A stretch of 64,000 nucleotides of DNA from a bacterium (GTDB lineage Bacteria > Electryoneota > AABM5-125-24 > Hatepunaeales > Hatepunaeaceae). The DNA is taken from assembly GCA_021734165.1 (NCBI GenBank), contig JAIPJL010000005.1:130-64129 (forward strand), read 5' to 3'. The notes below the pieces were generated by a model. The model ran no database searches. It saw only the letters and a program-made list of their open reading frames with translations, and was not told where the DNA came from. This document shows positions 21,291 to 30,362 of this stretch, one piece after another (position 1 is the stretch's first letter; each line of letters opens with the position of its first letter). Both the position numbers and the translations under genes were made by a program.

Positions 21291-23660
21291 TCAAAGTTGC
21301 ACAGTATCGTTTTCGCGCAATAACAGATTTCTGAAAACTACGTCCCAACCTGTATGTAGAATAGCTCTCAGGCGAGATTCATTCCTCATGCTTTGATATT
21401 TCAATGGATCTTCATCTATCATCTTGCCAAAATCGAGTACTTTTTTTACCCAAACTCTAAGATTCAGCGCTGGAAGCACATAACCCGTAACATCATTCTC
21501 TATTATATCCTGCGGTCCACCTTGATCACTTACAATAGCAGGTAATTCACAACATTGAGCTTCAAGAACAACCATACCGAATGTGTCGGTAACACTGGGG
21601 AAAATCAGTACGTCTCCCTGTGAATAAATCAGCGGTAATTTGTCATACGAAACCATACCCAGAAATTGCACCCTTGGATACTTGGAATGCATGCTCTTCA
21701 TCTCAGCAAGATATGGACCATCACCGGCAATAATAAGATTAATATCTTCTCGCTCTTTTAATAATTCGCAATAAACCTCTGATAAGAATTCCAGATTTTT
21801 ATCCTTTGATACCCTGCCTACATAGAGCAGGTTTAAACCATGTTCCAGATTAAGACGCATACCATTTAGTTGTTCAGGTGACTGATAGTGAAACAGATCA
21901 GAATCGATCTGTCTTGGCAGGTCTCTCATCTTTGATGGCTCCAGACCCCTCTCCGAAAGTATTTTCTTATATGATCTGGTGGGAACTCTGATTAAGTCCA
22001 TCTGTTTGTAAAACCAGTTGACAAATCCTTCAACAAAGTTTGATAGGCTTTCATTTCCATCTATTTCATTAATTTCTTTTGTGAAATCGGTATGATATAT
22101 GCCGGTTGTCGGTATGTTTAACATTTTCGCTGCCATTAGTCCGAACAATCCGACTGGGCCGGGAGTGGAAATAAAAACTTCCTCCGGTTCAAAATGGTGT
22201 AAATCACGTAGTGATTTTAGAATAGAAGGAATTTTAACAGTATAATCACTGTAATATGGCAGTTTAAAGTCGTAAACTGTCGGAAGATTGATAATATTTG
22301 GTGGTAATTCATCACTGAATTCCTTATCCAAAAGTGACGTAACAAGTCTTATATCGACGTTATGCGCAAAGAACTGCCATCCCAATTGTTTTAAAGTCAC
22401 AGATACACCGTTCATATCATTCAACGTGTCCGTAAACCAAAGAATCCGTTTTGGTTTTTTGATCGGAAGCTCCATTCTTATCTTTTCAATAAGCTCACGA
22501 TTATTGTTCATGTGCATTAGACTCGAAAAAAATGGTACTATAATGAAGAATCCCGGTAAAGCAGCGGAAATGCTTCTGATAGCATTGACTATATCACCTT
22601 TTGAAAGATTCCCTTCGATAGACGAGATAAGGTCATGAAAAATTTCATCAACTATCTCAGCAATTTTGTCATATAAAAGGTCTAAGTTCCTGATGATCGA
22701 AAAATCTTCTCTGCGTCTTATTTGTTCTGTCAGTTCAGCTATTTTGCTTTTATATCCCTTGGATGTGTTGGTTTTTGAATATATTCTACTAAGACGATCT
22801 AAAAGTGATATATGGTATTCTCCAAAAACAAGTTCACTGACATCTGACATGGGAAATGATTTAAGGATAGAATCACTCTGATTCTGAGAATAATCATATG
22901 CAATCTTATAAATTGCAAATACCAGCGATTGAAAATCATTATGCCGTCCTTTAGCATATCCTCTGCGATTCCTGATATGCATCAGGAAATCATCCGGATC
23001 GTTGGCTGAAGCTAACGTGTAAGTCTCACCAATGTATATGCCGGCATGATCGTCTGAACCACCAGTAAATCCCTTAACCCATGAATTTGCTCTTTGAGGT
23101 TGAATTAGGTACTTGTCTTTAAGATCGTTGAACTTTTCTGCAGTCATGTATTTCAGGTATTGATACCAGGTTAAATTACTTGTAATAGTACGTCCACCAT
23201 TAATCGATTCAAAAACATCAAAAAGCAGAATCAGTTTATGTAAGTGCTCAATAGTAAGTTTTCCATTTATAATATATGTAGCATGAGCTACAGAATGAGC
23301 AAGATTCTCTTGAACCAGATAATCACGAAGTTCGTAAATATCTTTTCTAATGATTTGTATATCATCAAACTGTGAAGGATTTAATCCATAAATTAAAATG
23401 TGTACTTTGCATCCGTCCTCCGGAAAATAAGAAGTTGATTCTACACCTGTGAATGCATCGGGATATTTCTGTGCAAGCAGTGCGGATCCTTCAATATTAT
23501 TATGATCAGTTATTGTAACAAAAGACATACCACGTTTTTTGGCTGTATCATAAATATATTCAGGCTCTGAATATGATTCAGCAGCACCCAACTTTTGAAG
23601 AAACCATTCGGATGGTCTTTCTGAATATTTAGAATGTAAATGAAGATCTACTTTTGCCAT
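21291..23660 (-). CDS. PHP-domain / GT4 glycosyltransferase fusion
   Basis: DLHLHS, ITDH, GGSDDH (PHP); YVGRVSKDKN, DTFGMVVLEA (GT-B/GT4). Confidence 0.88.
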   Translation of the reverse strand: MAKVDLHLHSKYSERPSEWFLQKLGAAESYSEPEYIYDTAKKRGMSFVTITDHNNIEGSALLAQKYPDAFTGVESTSYFPEDGCKVHILIYGLNPSQFDDIQIIRKDIYELRDYLVQENLAHSVAHATYIINGKLTIEHLHKLILLFDVFESINGGRTITSNLTWYQYLKYMTAEKFNDLKDKYLIQPQRANSWVKGFTGGSDDHAGIYIGETYTLASANDPDDFLMHIRNRRGYAKGRHNDFQSLVFAIYKIAYDYSQNQSDSILKSFPMSDVSELVFGEYHISLLDRLSRIYSKTNTSKGYKSKIAELTEQIRRREDFSIIRNLDLLYDKIAEIVDEIFHDLISSIEGNLSKGDIVNAIRSISAALPGFFIIVPFFSSLMHMNNNRELIEKIRMELPIKKPKRILWFTDTLNDMNGVSVTLKQLGWQFFAHNVDIRLVTSLLDKEFSDELPPNIINLPTVYDFKLPYYSDYTVKIPSILKSLRDLHHFEPEEVFISTPGPVGLFGLMAAKMLNIPTTGIYHTDFTKEINEIDGNESLSNFVEGFVNWFYKQMDLIRVPTRSYKKILSERGLEPSKMRDLPRQIDSDLFHYQSPEQLNGMRLNLEHGLNLLYVGRVSKDKNLEFLSEVYCELLKEREDINLIIAGDGPYLAEMKSMHSKYPRVQFLGMVSYDKLPLIYSQGDVLIFPSVTDTFGMVVLEAQCCELPAIVSDQGGPQDIIENDVTGYVLPALNLRVWVKKVLDFGKMIDEDPLKYQSMRNESRLRAILHTGWDVVFRNLLLRENDTVQL

Positions 23661-23696
23661 GTTTAAGACCGGTATAAAATTTCAAGATTAACTTTT

Positions 23697-23731
23697 AAAA
23701 AGAGACTGCACTGAAAAGTGCAGTCTCTTTT
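23697..23731 (-). terminator. Intrinsic terminator, probably bidirectional
   Basis: Perfect 12-bp stem agagactgcact-gaaa-agtgcagtctct flanked by A and T runs. Confidence 0.8.
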
Positions 23732-23754
23732 ATCTAAAACAGTAGTTAAAATAC

Positions 23755-26580
23755 CTACTTGATTAGCGCTGCCTTTGTAATCATCACAGTATTACCCGCT
23801 TTCAACTGGAACAGGTAAATACCGGCAGGCTGGTTTTGTGCATCCCAACTAATGTGATGCTGTCCTGCTTTGAAATCACCCTGGTTAAGCTGCTCAACCA
23901 AACGTCCGTTCATGTCAAACACATTCAAAACGATCTCTGACTGCTCAGGAATATCGAAAGCAATGCTGACCGTCGGATTGAAAGGATTTGGATAAACTGA
24001 GCTGATGCGGTATTCGTTTGGAACGGGTGCATCCAGCTCAGGAGCGCTCATCTCATGGGTTCCTGGTCTTGTCCAACCGATAAGCCAGTTGTAATCAGGT
24101 CCGACAGCTCCGACAAAGTTAACTGCGTCGAAGAATTCATTGTCTGGAACTTCAGCAAAGCCATAAAGAGCCGGTGAATTGCCTGCTGGGCTGAAATTAG
24201 GCATATCATGCCTGATAGGATCGAATAAACGCGGATCCACAAATCGATTGTGCTGGTTCAGTTCAGTTATGAATTCGGAAGTTGTGAAAACATAATTATT
24301 TTCATCGTCTTCATCTGTTTCGCCAGTTTGAGCTGTTTCAACGTTGTGGTAGAAAATACTATTGTCAACTACCAGGTTACCGTTCAGATGTCCGCCTGTC
24401 CAGGCGTTGTTGAAGGTAGCTTCATGGTCGATGTCGATGCCGCAATCGCCAAAGTTCATAACGATGGCGTTCTTGATCTCAGCGCCAGTACCTTCACGAA
24501 GCAGCATGCCTATATCACTCTCAGCGCCATCTCTGTCACCAACTATAGTTACGTTATAAACCTTCGGATTGGAACGCGGTGTAGCGTCGTTTTCTTCACC
24601 GTTGTTATCGCATTCAAATCCCTGGTCAGCATCGTCACCATATTGCTGCGCTACCCAGAACTGTCCCATACCGTGCCAGCCGTCAGTCCAGTCGAATGAA
24701 TCATCAGCAGCGCCTGTGATGTATATATGCTTTGCATTAACAGTACCACCAAAGAACTCGATACCGTCATCCTTGTTCATGTGAACCTGGATGTAGTCAA
24801 TAATTGTGGCGTCACCAACACCCTGCAGAGCCAGACCGTTCAGTTCGTTATCGGGTGAAATTTCCCTGCCTGCGAATTCGATACGGCAATAGCGCATACA
24901 ACCGCTGTCATCGTGAGGATTATTACCGCCATAAGGACCGGTGTCACCTTCACCCTCAGCTTCTGCTCCTGTATTCAGAGGAGCGCCTCCGTTGATAATG
25001 ACGCCGCCCCAGTCTGCACGATCCTGTTCACCATCGATCTGGTCGGATGTAAACACTATCGGGAAATAAGGTGAACCGTTAGCATTGATCTTGGAACCAC
25101 GCGCTATAACCAGCATACCGTCGGTAGCCTGCTCACCGTAAATAGTTGTTCCCGGTTCAATTGTCAGCGTTATATGATGATTTGCGTCGCCGACAAATAC
25201 GCCACCGCGTAAAAGATATTCATTATCTGCTGTGAGTGTCATATCTTCCTGAATTACACCCTCAAGTACTGCAAATCCCGGTTCAGTATTTTCCGGTTCA
25301 CAGCTACGTGTCCAACCTTCCAGCCAATTGTTATCGGGACCGACTCCACCGACGAAATTGACCTGCTCGAAGAAATCATTGTCCGGAGGTTGAGTGTAGC
25401 CTTTTAATGCAGGAGCGCCGCCACGGGGTGTGAAATCAGGCTCGACCTTGTTGTAAGGATCTCTCAATTGAGGATCAAAACAACGATTGTGCATGTTGTA
25501 CATTGTAAGGAACTCACCTGTCGTGAATGCATAGTTAGCTTCATCATCTTCATCGGTTTCACCTGTCTGGAATGGTTCCTTGTTATCGTACACAATGGCG
25601 TGATTAACAACAAGGTTGCCATTCAGGGAATTGTTTGTCCAGGCATTGTTGAAAGTTGCCTCATGATCAAGGTCGATACCACAGTCACCAAATCCCATTA
25701 TGATAGCGTTTTGAATCGTTGCGCCAGTACCTTCACGCAGCAACATACCGATATCGCTCTCAGAACCAAAGCGATCACCTACTAACGTGACATTATATAT
25801 CTGAGGATTTGAACGCGGAGTAGCATCGTTCTCTTCAGCGTTGTTGTCAGCTTCGATACCTTGATCAGCATCGTCACCATATTGTTGCGCAACCCAGAAC
25901 TGACCCATTCCTTGCCAGCCGTCCGTCCAGTCAAATGAATCATCCGCTGCTCCCGTAATGTAGATGTATTTTGCATTAACTGTACCTCCAAAGAACTCGA
26001 TACCGTCATCTTTGTTCATGTGAACTTGTAAGTACTCTATGACGGTGCCGTCGCCAACACCCTGCAGAGCCAATCCGTTGAGTTCATTGTCGGGTGAGAT
26101 TTCTCTGCCGGCAAATTCGATACGGCAATAACGCATAGTACCGCTGTTGTCGTGCGGATCGTCACCGCCGTAAGTTCCTGTGTCACCCTCACCTTCGGCT
26201 TGTCCATTACCTCCGATATTCAAAGGCGCGAGTCCATTGATAATGACTCCGCCCCAGTCAGCTCGATCCTGTTCGCCTTCCTCCTGGTCAGAAGTAAAAA
26301 CGATGGGAGCGTCCGCTGTACCTTCAGCCATGATCCTGGAATATTGAGCGATGACCAACATACCGTCGGTAGCTTGTTCACCGTAAACATGTGTTCCGGG
26401 TTCAATCGTCAGAATTGTCTCATTTTCACCATTACCGATAAAGACACCGCCTCGCAGCAGGTATTCGTTATCAGGAGTAAGAGTCATATCATCTGTTATT
26501 GTACCCTGAAGTGTAATAAGCTCACATAATCCGGCATTTACCGAAATCAGGAGCATTAAAATTACTAAAAATTGTTTCAC
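23755..26580 (-). CDS. Secreted acidic protein with two tandem beta-helix-like modules and a T9SS type A-like tail
   Basis: Signal peptide; duplicated YCRIEFAGREISPDNELNGLALQGVG / DDGIEFFGGTVN; tail YPNPFNP...GIY...K. Confidence 0.8.
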   Translation of the reverse strand: MKQFLVILMLLISVNAGLCELITLQGTITDDMTLTPDNEYLLRGGVFIGNGENETILTIEPGTHVYGEQATDGMLVIAQYSRIMAEGTADAPIVFTSDQEEGEQDRADWGGVIINGLAPLNIGGNGQAEGEGDTGTYGGDDPHDNSGTMRYCRIEFAGREISPDNELNGLALQGVGDGTVIEYLQVHMNKDDGIEFFGGTVNAKYIYITGAADDSFDWTDGWQGMGQFWVAQQYGDDADQGIEADNNAEENDATPRSNPQIYNVTLVGDRFGSESDIGMLLREGTGATIQNAIIMGFGDCGIDLDHEATFNNAWTNNSLNGNLVVNHAIVYDNKEPFQTGETDEDDEANYAFTTGEFLTMYNMHNRCFDPQLRDPYNKVEPDFTPRGGAPALKGYTQPPDNDFFEQVNFVGGVGPDNNWLEGWTRSCEPENTEPGFAVLEGVIQEDMTLTADNEYLLRGGVFVGDANHHITLTIEPGTTIYGEQATDGMLVIARGSKINANGSPYFPIVFTSDQIDGEQDRADWGGVIINGGAPLNTGAEAEGEGDTGPYGGNNPHDDSGCMRYCRIEFAGREISPDNELNGLALQGVGDATIIDYIQVHMNKDDGIEFFGGTVNAKHIYITGAADDSFDWTDGWHGMGQFWVAQQYGDDADQGFECDNNGEENDATPRSNPKVYNVTIVGDRDGAESDIGMLLREGTGAEIKNAIVMNFGDCGIDIDHEATFNNAWTGGHLNGNLVVDNSIFYHNVETAQTGETDEDDENNYVFTTSEFITELNQHNRFVDPRLFDPIRHDMPNFSPAGNSPALYGFAEVPDNEFFDAVNFVGAVGPDYNWLIGWTRPGTHEMSAPELDAPVPNEYRISSVYPNPFNPTVSIAFDIPEQSEIVLNVFDMNGRLVEQLNQGDFKAGQHHISWDAQNQPAGIYLFQLKAGNTVMITKAALIK

Positions 26581-26613
26581 TGTATCCTCCTTAGTGGATA
26601 GTTTTTTTTTATG

Positions 26614-29388
26614 TTAATTAATGTAAGTTAAACCTATTGAAAATGTCGATCCCAAGCGGTATTTCTGTGTGTAATCATCACCTTGTTGAAATTTGACTTC
26701 AGGATCAAGAATATTTTTCCATGCAAACTTTGTTTTTAGTTTCTTACTGATTGGTTGTTGAATAACAAAATCCAGATCCGGATGTGGCAGCTCGTAAACA
26801 TCAGGCAGAGTATTTGCCCCAACCTCATCAATACGCTTGCCAAAGACATGGTATAAAATATCAGCTTGAGTCTTGGTGGTTGGATGCTGGAAATTTATTC
26901 CGAAATTAAACAGATAGGGAGACTGACCATGCAGGGGTCTCCTGTCTAATGTTTGAACCCCTTTTGTATCTGAAGTGTCGATGATGATATCCGATTGCAG
27001 AAGAGTCAGATTTGTGGATATTCCCCAATATGACAATCCTGGATGAATATCACCAAGTCTTTGCCTTAATTCCAGTTCAACACCATAATTTTCTGCGCCA
27101 CTGGCATTCTGCCAGGTCTGCCGATTTTGAGCAGTTCCTTCTACAATGGTTTCAATCGGATTAATGAAGTTTTTGAAAAATACACTTACCGCAACTAAAT
27201 TAACCTTTGAGTAACCATACTTCAATTCATATCTAAGGTCGAAGTTTTGAATTATAGCCCGTTTAAGATAGGGATTACCTTTTACCGAGTGACCACCGAT
27301 AATGTCTGTGAACTCGAAAGGTGAAAGTTCTCTGTAATCAGGTCTTGATACTGTTTGACTTGCAGCAAACCTGAGATTCCGATTTTCATCAAATGAATAG
27401 ATCAGGTTCATAGCCGGCATTAGATCTTCCGACTTGTATGAAGTTGTTGAATCAACATCAGGCTGGCTGATATGACCTGTTTTAAGAGTAACTTCTGATT
27501 TTTCAAGACGGACACCACCAATAAAACGCAACTTGGATGTGATTTGATAGTCTGTCATCAGGAAAGCGCCCCATAATGATTGATCAGCATTATACCAATC
27601 TGTCGGTCGGGTTGATTCCCATAAAAAGAAAGCGTCTTTATGGATATTATCAGGATTGAAAAGTTCTTCCGGCGTTTGGGTAAAATCGAAATTTGCCGCG
27701 GTCATATCGCGTGTGTCACGACCAAATTGAAATTTACGTGAATTGAATTCTCTATGTTTTTCAAGAACTAAAGCGCCTGATTTTAATTTTATTCTGTCAG
27801 TTAACGGGTAGGTAAAATCAATATCGTAATTCCATGAATCATCATTTAACTCGCTGAAGAAATGTGACCCACTTTGATTTTCATCTGCAAATACATAAAC
27901 AGAGTCATCTCTTGCTTTTTCGTACTGTACTTCGCGAGTGTCGGGTTCTTCTCTATAGCCATGAGAATAGGTTACACGCCACTGTGTAATCGTGTTTCCG
28001 AGATTATACAATAAATGCTGTCCTGATAATTGATAAGTTGATATAGTTTGTGCGACCATTCTCAGCCTGGTGTCAATAACATCTTTATCTCTGTCACGAT
28101 TGGTACCTTCAAACCTGCGAAGTTCGTCTTGGAAGTCACGATTCAGCAGAATATTAAGGTTTAGTTTTGTAAAGGGGGATAGTTCCAGCTTGAAAGCTGA
28201 TAAACCACCGAGTTCGATTGCCTGATCATATTTGTAGAATGTGTAATTGTGCATTAATCCCATTACACCTTCAGAAACACTTTTATAAATTCGTCGTTCG
28301 TTTTCTTCATAAGCGCTTGCATTTTTATAAAGCGCTGATAAAAGATATTCAAACTTCTTGCCAAACATCTGCGTGGAGTTGGCATAAGACATTGCGAGGT
28401 CACCTGTTGGAAGTGGATCTTTTCTTTCGCCGCTCCATATATTTGAAAACATCTCCGCATATCGTTCCATTTCTTCCGGTGAAAAACCGGTTGTATCAAA
28501 TCGGCTGTCTTCATACAGTTTTTCTATTTGCCTGATCTCATCCGGCATTTGGCGTGTGCCATCATCAAATCCCAGAAAATCATATTTGCCACCTCTATAA
28601 TCCATAAAGCTTTGTCTGCCGAGAAGTATGTTATATCCTAACGAGCCGGAGATTTTGAATTCTTTTTGTTTGAGGAATTCCCAGGTATTCATGTCAACCA
28701 CTCCACCGCCAAATTCACCATTCTGATCCGGCAGGAATGATTTATTTACAGTGACTTTGCTCATCATTGATGAAGGAAAAAGATCAAGAGAGACGCCGCT
28801 TTGGTTTGGTTTCGTTCCTGAAACCTGTGAATTGTTAAGTGTTACCTTTGAATATCGAAGACCCAGACCACGAATAATAGGATCTCCGCCGACGGTTGAA
28901 ACGCCGGTTGTTCTTCTCACCACAGCAGCGATGTCGGGATCCGGCAGTCTTTTCATCTGTTCACCAGAAAGAGCGTCCGTAATCGATGCTGATTGAAATC
29001 TGTCTGTAAGTTCACGCTCAATCGAACCTTTCTTTGCGATACCGACTACTTTCGCATCTTCAAGTAAAACTACCGAGCCTGTCATCTCAATATTGAATTC
29101 AAGTTCATCATCAAGATTGACGATGATGTCATCGTAAACGAAATTCTTGTATCCTATACATGAAGAGCGAAGAGTATATACTCCAGGCTCTAAATTTGTA
29201 ATTATATATTTGCCGTTAATATCGGTTGAAGCGCCAAGACTGGTTTCTTCAAGAACCACATTAACGCTTACAAGCGGTTCATTAGTCTTTGCATCAGTCA
29301 CAAAACCTGATATTACTGCTGTTTGTCCAATTCTGCAGAGAAAACCAACTGCAAGAAGAACACTCATATATTTTATTTTTAATCCCAC
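26614..29388 (-). CDS. TonB-dependent receptor with N-terminal carboxypeptidase-regulatory-like domain
   Basis: ISGFVTDAKTNEPL, plug IRGLGLRY, SRPDYRELSPF, GNPYLK, beta-barrel C terminus. Confidence 0.92.
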   Translation of the reverse strand: MGLKIKYMSVLLAVGFLCRIGQTAVISGFVTDAKTNEPLVSVNVVLEETSLGASTDINGKYIITNLEPGVYTLRSSCIGYKNFVYDDIIVNLDDELEFNIEMTGSVVLLEDAKVVGIAKKGSIERELTDRFQSASITDALSGEQMKRLPDPDIAAVVRRTTGVSTVGGDPIIRGLGLRYSKVTLNNSQVSGTKPNQSGVSLDLFPSSMMSKVTVNKSFLPDQNGEFGGGVVDMNTWEFLKQKEFKISGSLGYNILLGRQSFMDYRGGKYDFLGFDDGTRQMPDEIRQIEKLYEDSRFDTTGFSPEEMERYAEMFSNIWSGERKDPLPTGDLAMSYANSTQMFGKKFEYLLSALYKNASAYEENERRIYKSVSEGVMGLMHNYTFYKYDQAIELGGLSAFKLELSPFTKLNLNILLNRDFQDELRRFEGTNRDRDKDVIDTRLRMVAQTISTYQLSGQHLLYNLGNTITQWRVTYSHGYREEPDTREVQYEKARDDSVYVFADENQSGSHFFSELNDDSWNYDIDFTYPLTDRIKLKSGALVLEKHREFNSRKFQFGRDTRDMTAANFDFTQTPEELFNPDNIHKDAFFLWESTRPTDWYNADQSLWGAFLMTDYQITSKLRFIGGVRLEKSEVTLKTGHISQPDVDSTTSYKSEDLMPAMNLIYSFDENRNLRFAASQTVSRPDYRELSPFEFTDIIGGHSVKGNPYLKRAIIQNFDLRYELKYGYSKVNLVAVSVFFKNFINPIETIVEGTAQNRQTWQNASGAENYGVELELRQRLGDIHPGLSYWGISTNLTLLQSDIIIDTSDTKGVQTLDRRPLHGQSPYLFNFGINFQHPTTKTQADILYHVFGKRIDEVGANTLPDVYELPHPDLDFVIQQPISKKLKTKFAWKNILDPEVKFQQGDDYTQKYRLGSTFSIGLTYIN

Positions 29389-29450
29389 TTTGTATCCTAC
29401 TAAGTTATTAACCTGAAGTCTAAAATTCTGACTTTCTTTACTTTCAGGCG

Positions 29451-29506
29451 TAAACTTATACAGAGTATGTTAGGGAATTATTAAGAGAATGTTAGAAAAG
29501 TGTTAA
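29451..29506 (-). promoter_or_regulatory. Four 11-bp-period YTAAYA repeats (Pho-box/OmpR-type operator) plus a -10-like element
   Basis: + strand tgttag 29468, tattaa 29479, tgttag 29490, tgttaa 29501; - strand TATAAGTTTA at 29460-29451. Confidence 0.7.
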
Positions 29507-29556
29507 AGGTGAAAAACTCTAAAAAAGAGGAGAAATAAAAGTGGGGTCTTTAACTT

Positions 29557-29584
29557 GTCGGGCTTGAGGACAAGCCCGACTATG
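29557..29584. repeat. REP-like hairpin with AGGA loop, may also terminate the OsmC-family gene
   Basis: Perfect gtcgggcttg-agga-caagcccgac; resembles the GTAGCCCGGCTTG..CAAGCCGGG units at 51-53 kb. Confidence 0.7.
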
Positions 29585-29607
29585 GTATTAGTAAAAGCTT
29601 CAATTAC

Positions 29608-30030
29608 TTATTCAATTACTTCACATTCCCAAGACAGTTTCACCGGATTTCTTAGCATTGCGGATATTGCGCAGTATTTATCCTGTGATAAAGTAATAGC
29701 TCTTTCTAATTCCTTTACGGTAATACCTTCTCCTTTGGCTCTGTATTTTAAGTTAATCTCTTCATAAATCTGCGGGTGTTCCTGTCTTTTGTAACCATCG
29801 ACGACAACCTCGAATTTCTCCGGTTCCAGTTTGCGCTTGCGCAGGATAAACACCACGTCCATTCCAGTACAGCCTGCTAAGGTCTGAAGCAGCAATTCCA
29901 TGGGTTTTGGTCCGGCAGCAGGTATATCGTCTCGGCGCGAATCTATTTCGGTTTTATATCCTTTATCGTTAGTACCTGTAAAGTGCATTCCTTTATTAAA
30001 GGTTACTTTCCCTCCAACATGAATCTTCAT
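29608..30030 (-). CDS. OsmC/Ohr-family (YhfA-like) protein
   Basis: PMELLL..LAGCTGMDV, KYCAISAML. Confidence 0.9.
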   Translation of the reverse strand: MKIHVGGKVTFNKGMHFTGTNDKGYKTEIDSRRDDIPAAGPKPMELLLQTLAGCTGMDVVFILRKRKLEPEKFEVVVDGYKRQEHPQIYEEINLKYRAKGEGITVKELERAITLSQDKYCAISAMLRNPVKLSWECEVIE

Positions 30031-30082
30031 AACTACTCCTATTTTGGATGTATTATTTCCTTTTTATCCATCACGTATGGAT

Positions 30083-30224
30083 GATATCTTTGAAATATTC
30101 GGTAAACAGACCTGTCATTCCTGCGCAGGCAGGAATCTTACAAACTTAGGTCTTTAATAAATAATCAATTATAGATTCCGGCTTTCGCCGGAATGACACT
30201 CTATCGAAAGCTTTCAAAGGTTTC
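30083..30224. mobile_element. Degenerate MITE-like element carrying a GTCATTCC/GGAATGAC palindrome pair
   Basis: gatatctttgaaa ... tttcaaaggtttc ends; internal tgtcattcctgcgcaggcaggaatct ... agattccggctttcgccggaatgaca (30113-30198). Confidence 0.5.
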
Positions 30225-30362
30225 GAGGACACGTGACAGCACTCTTAACGCTTGATTAGTGTATTATACGAATATAAATTCAGAAAACAAGTAAAACTCT
30301 TGGACAAACTGACAATTTGCTTATCTTACTGTATTAGAGAAATTTGAGATAAGATTTTTGCA

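Noticed and set aside
24048-26529. Many short alternative-frame and antisense ORFs over the duplicated secreted-protein gene
   Set aside because: Shadow ORFs of a strongly patterned coding sequence with no motifs of their own. The same applies to the other short overlapping ORFs in the track.
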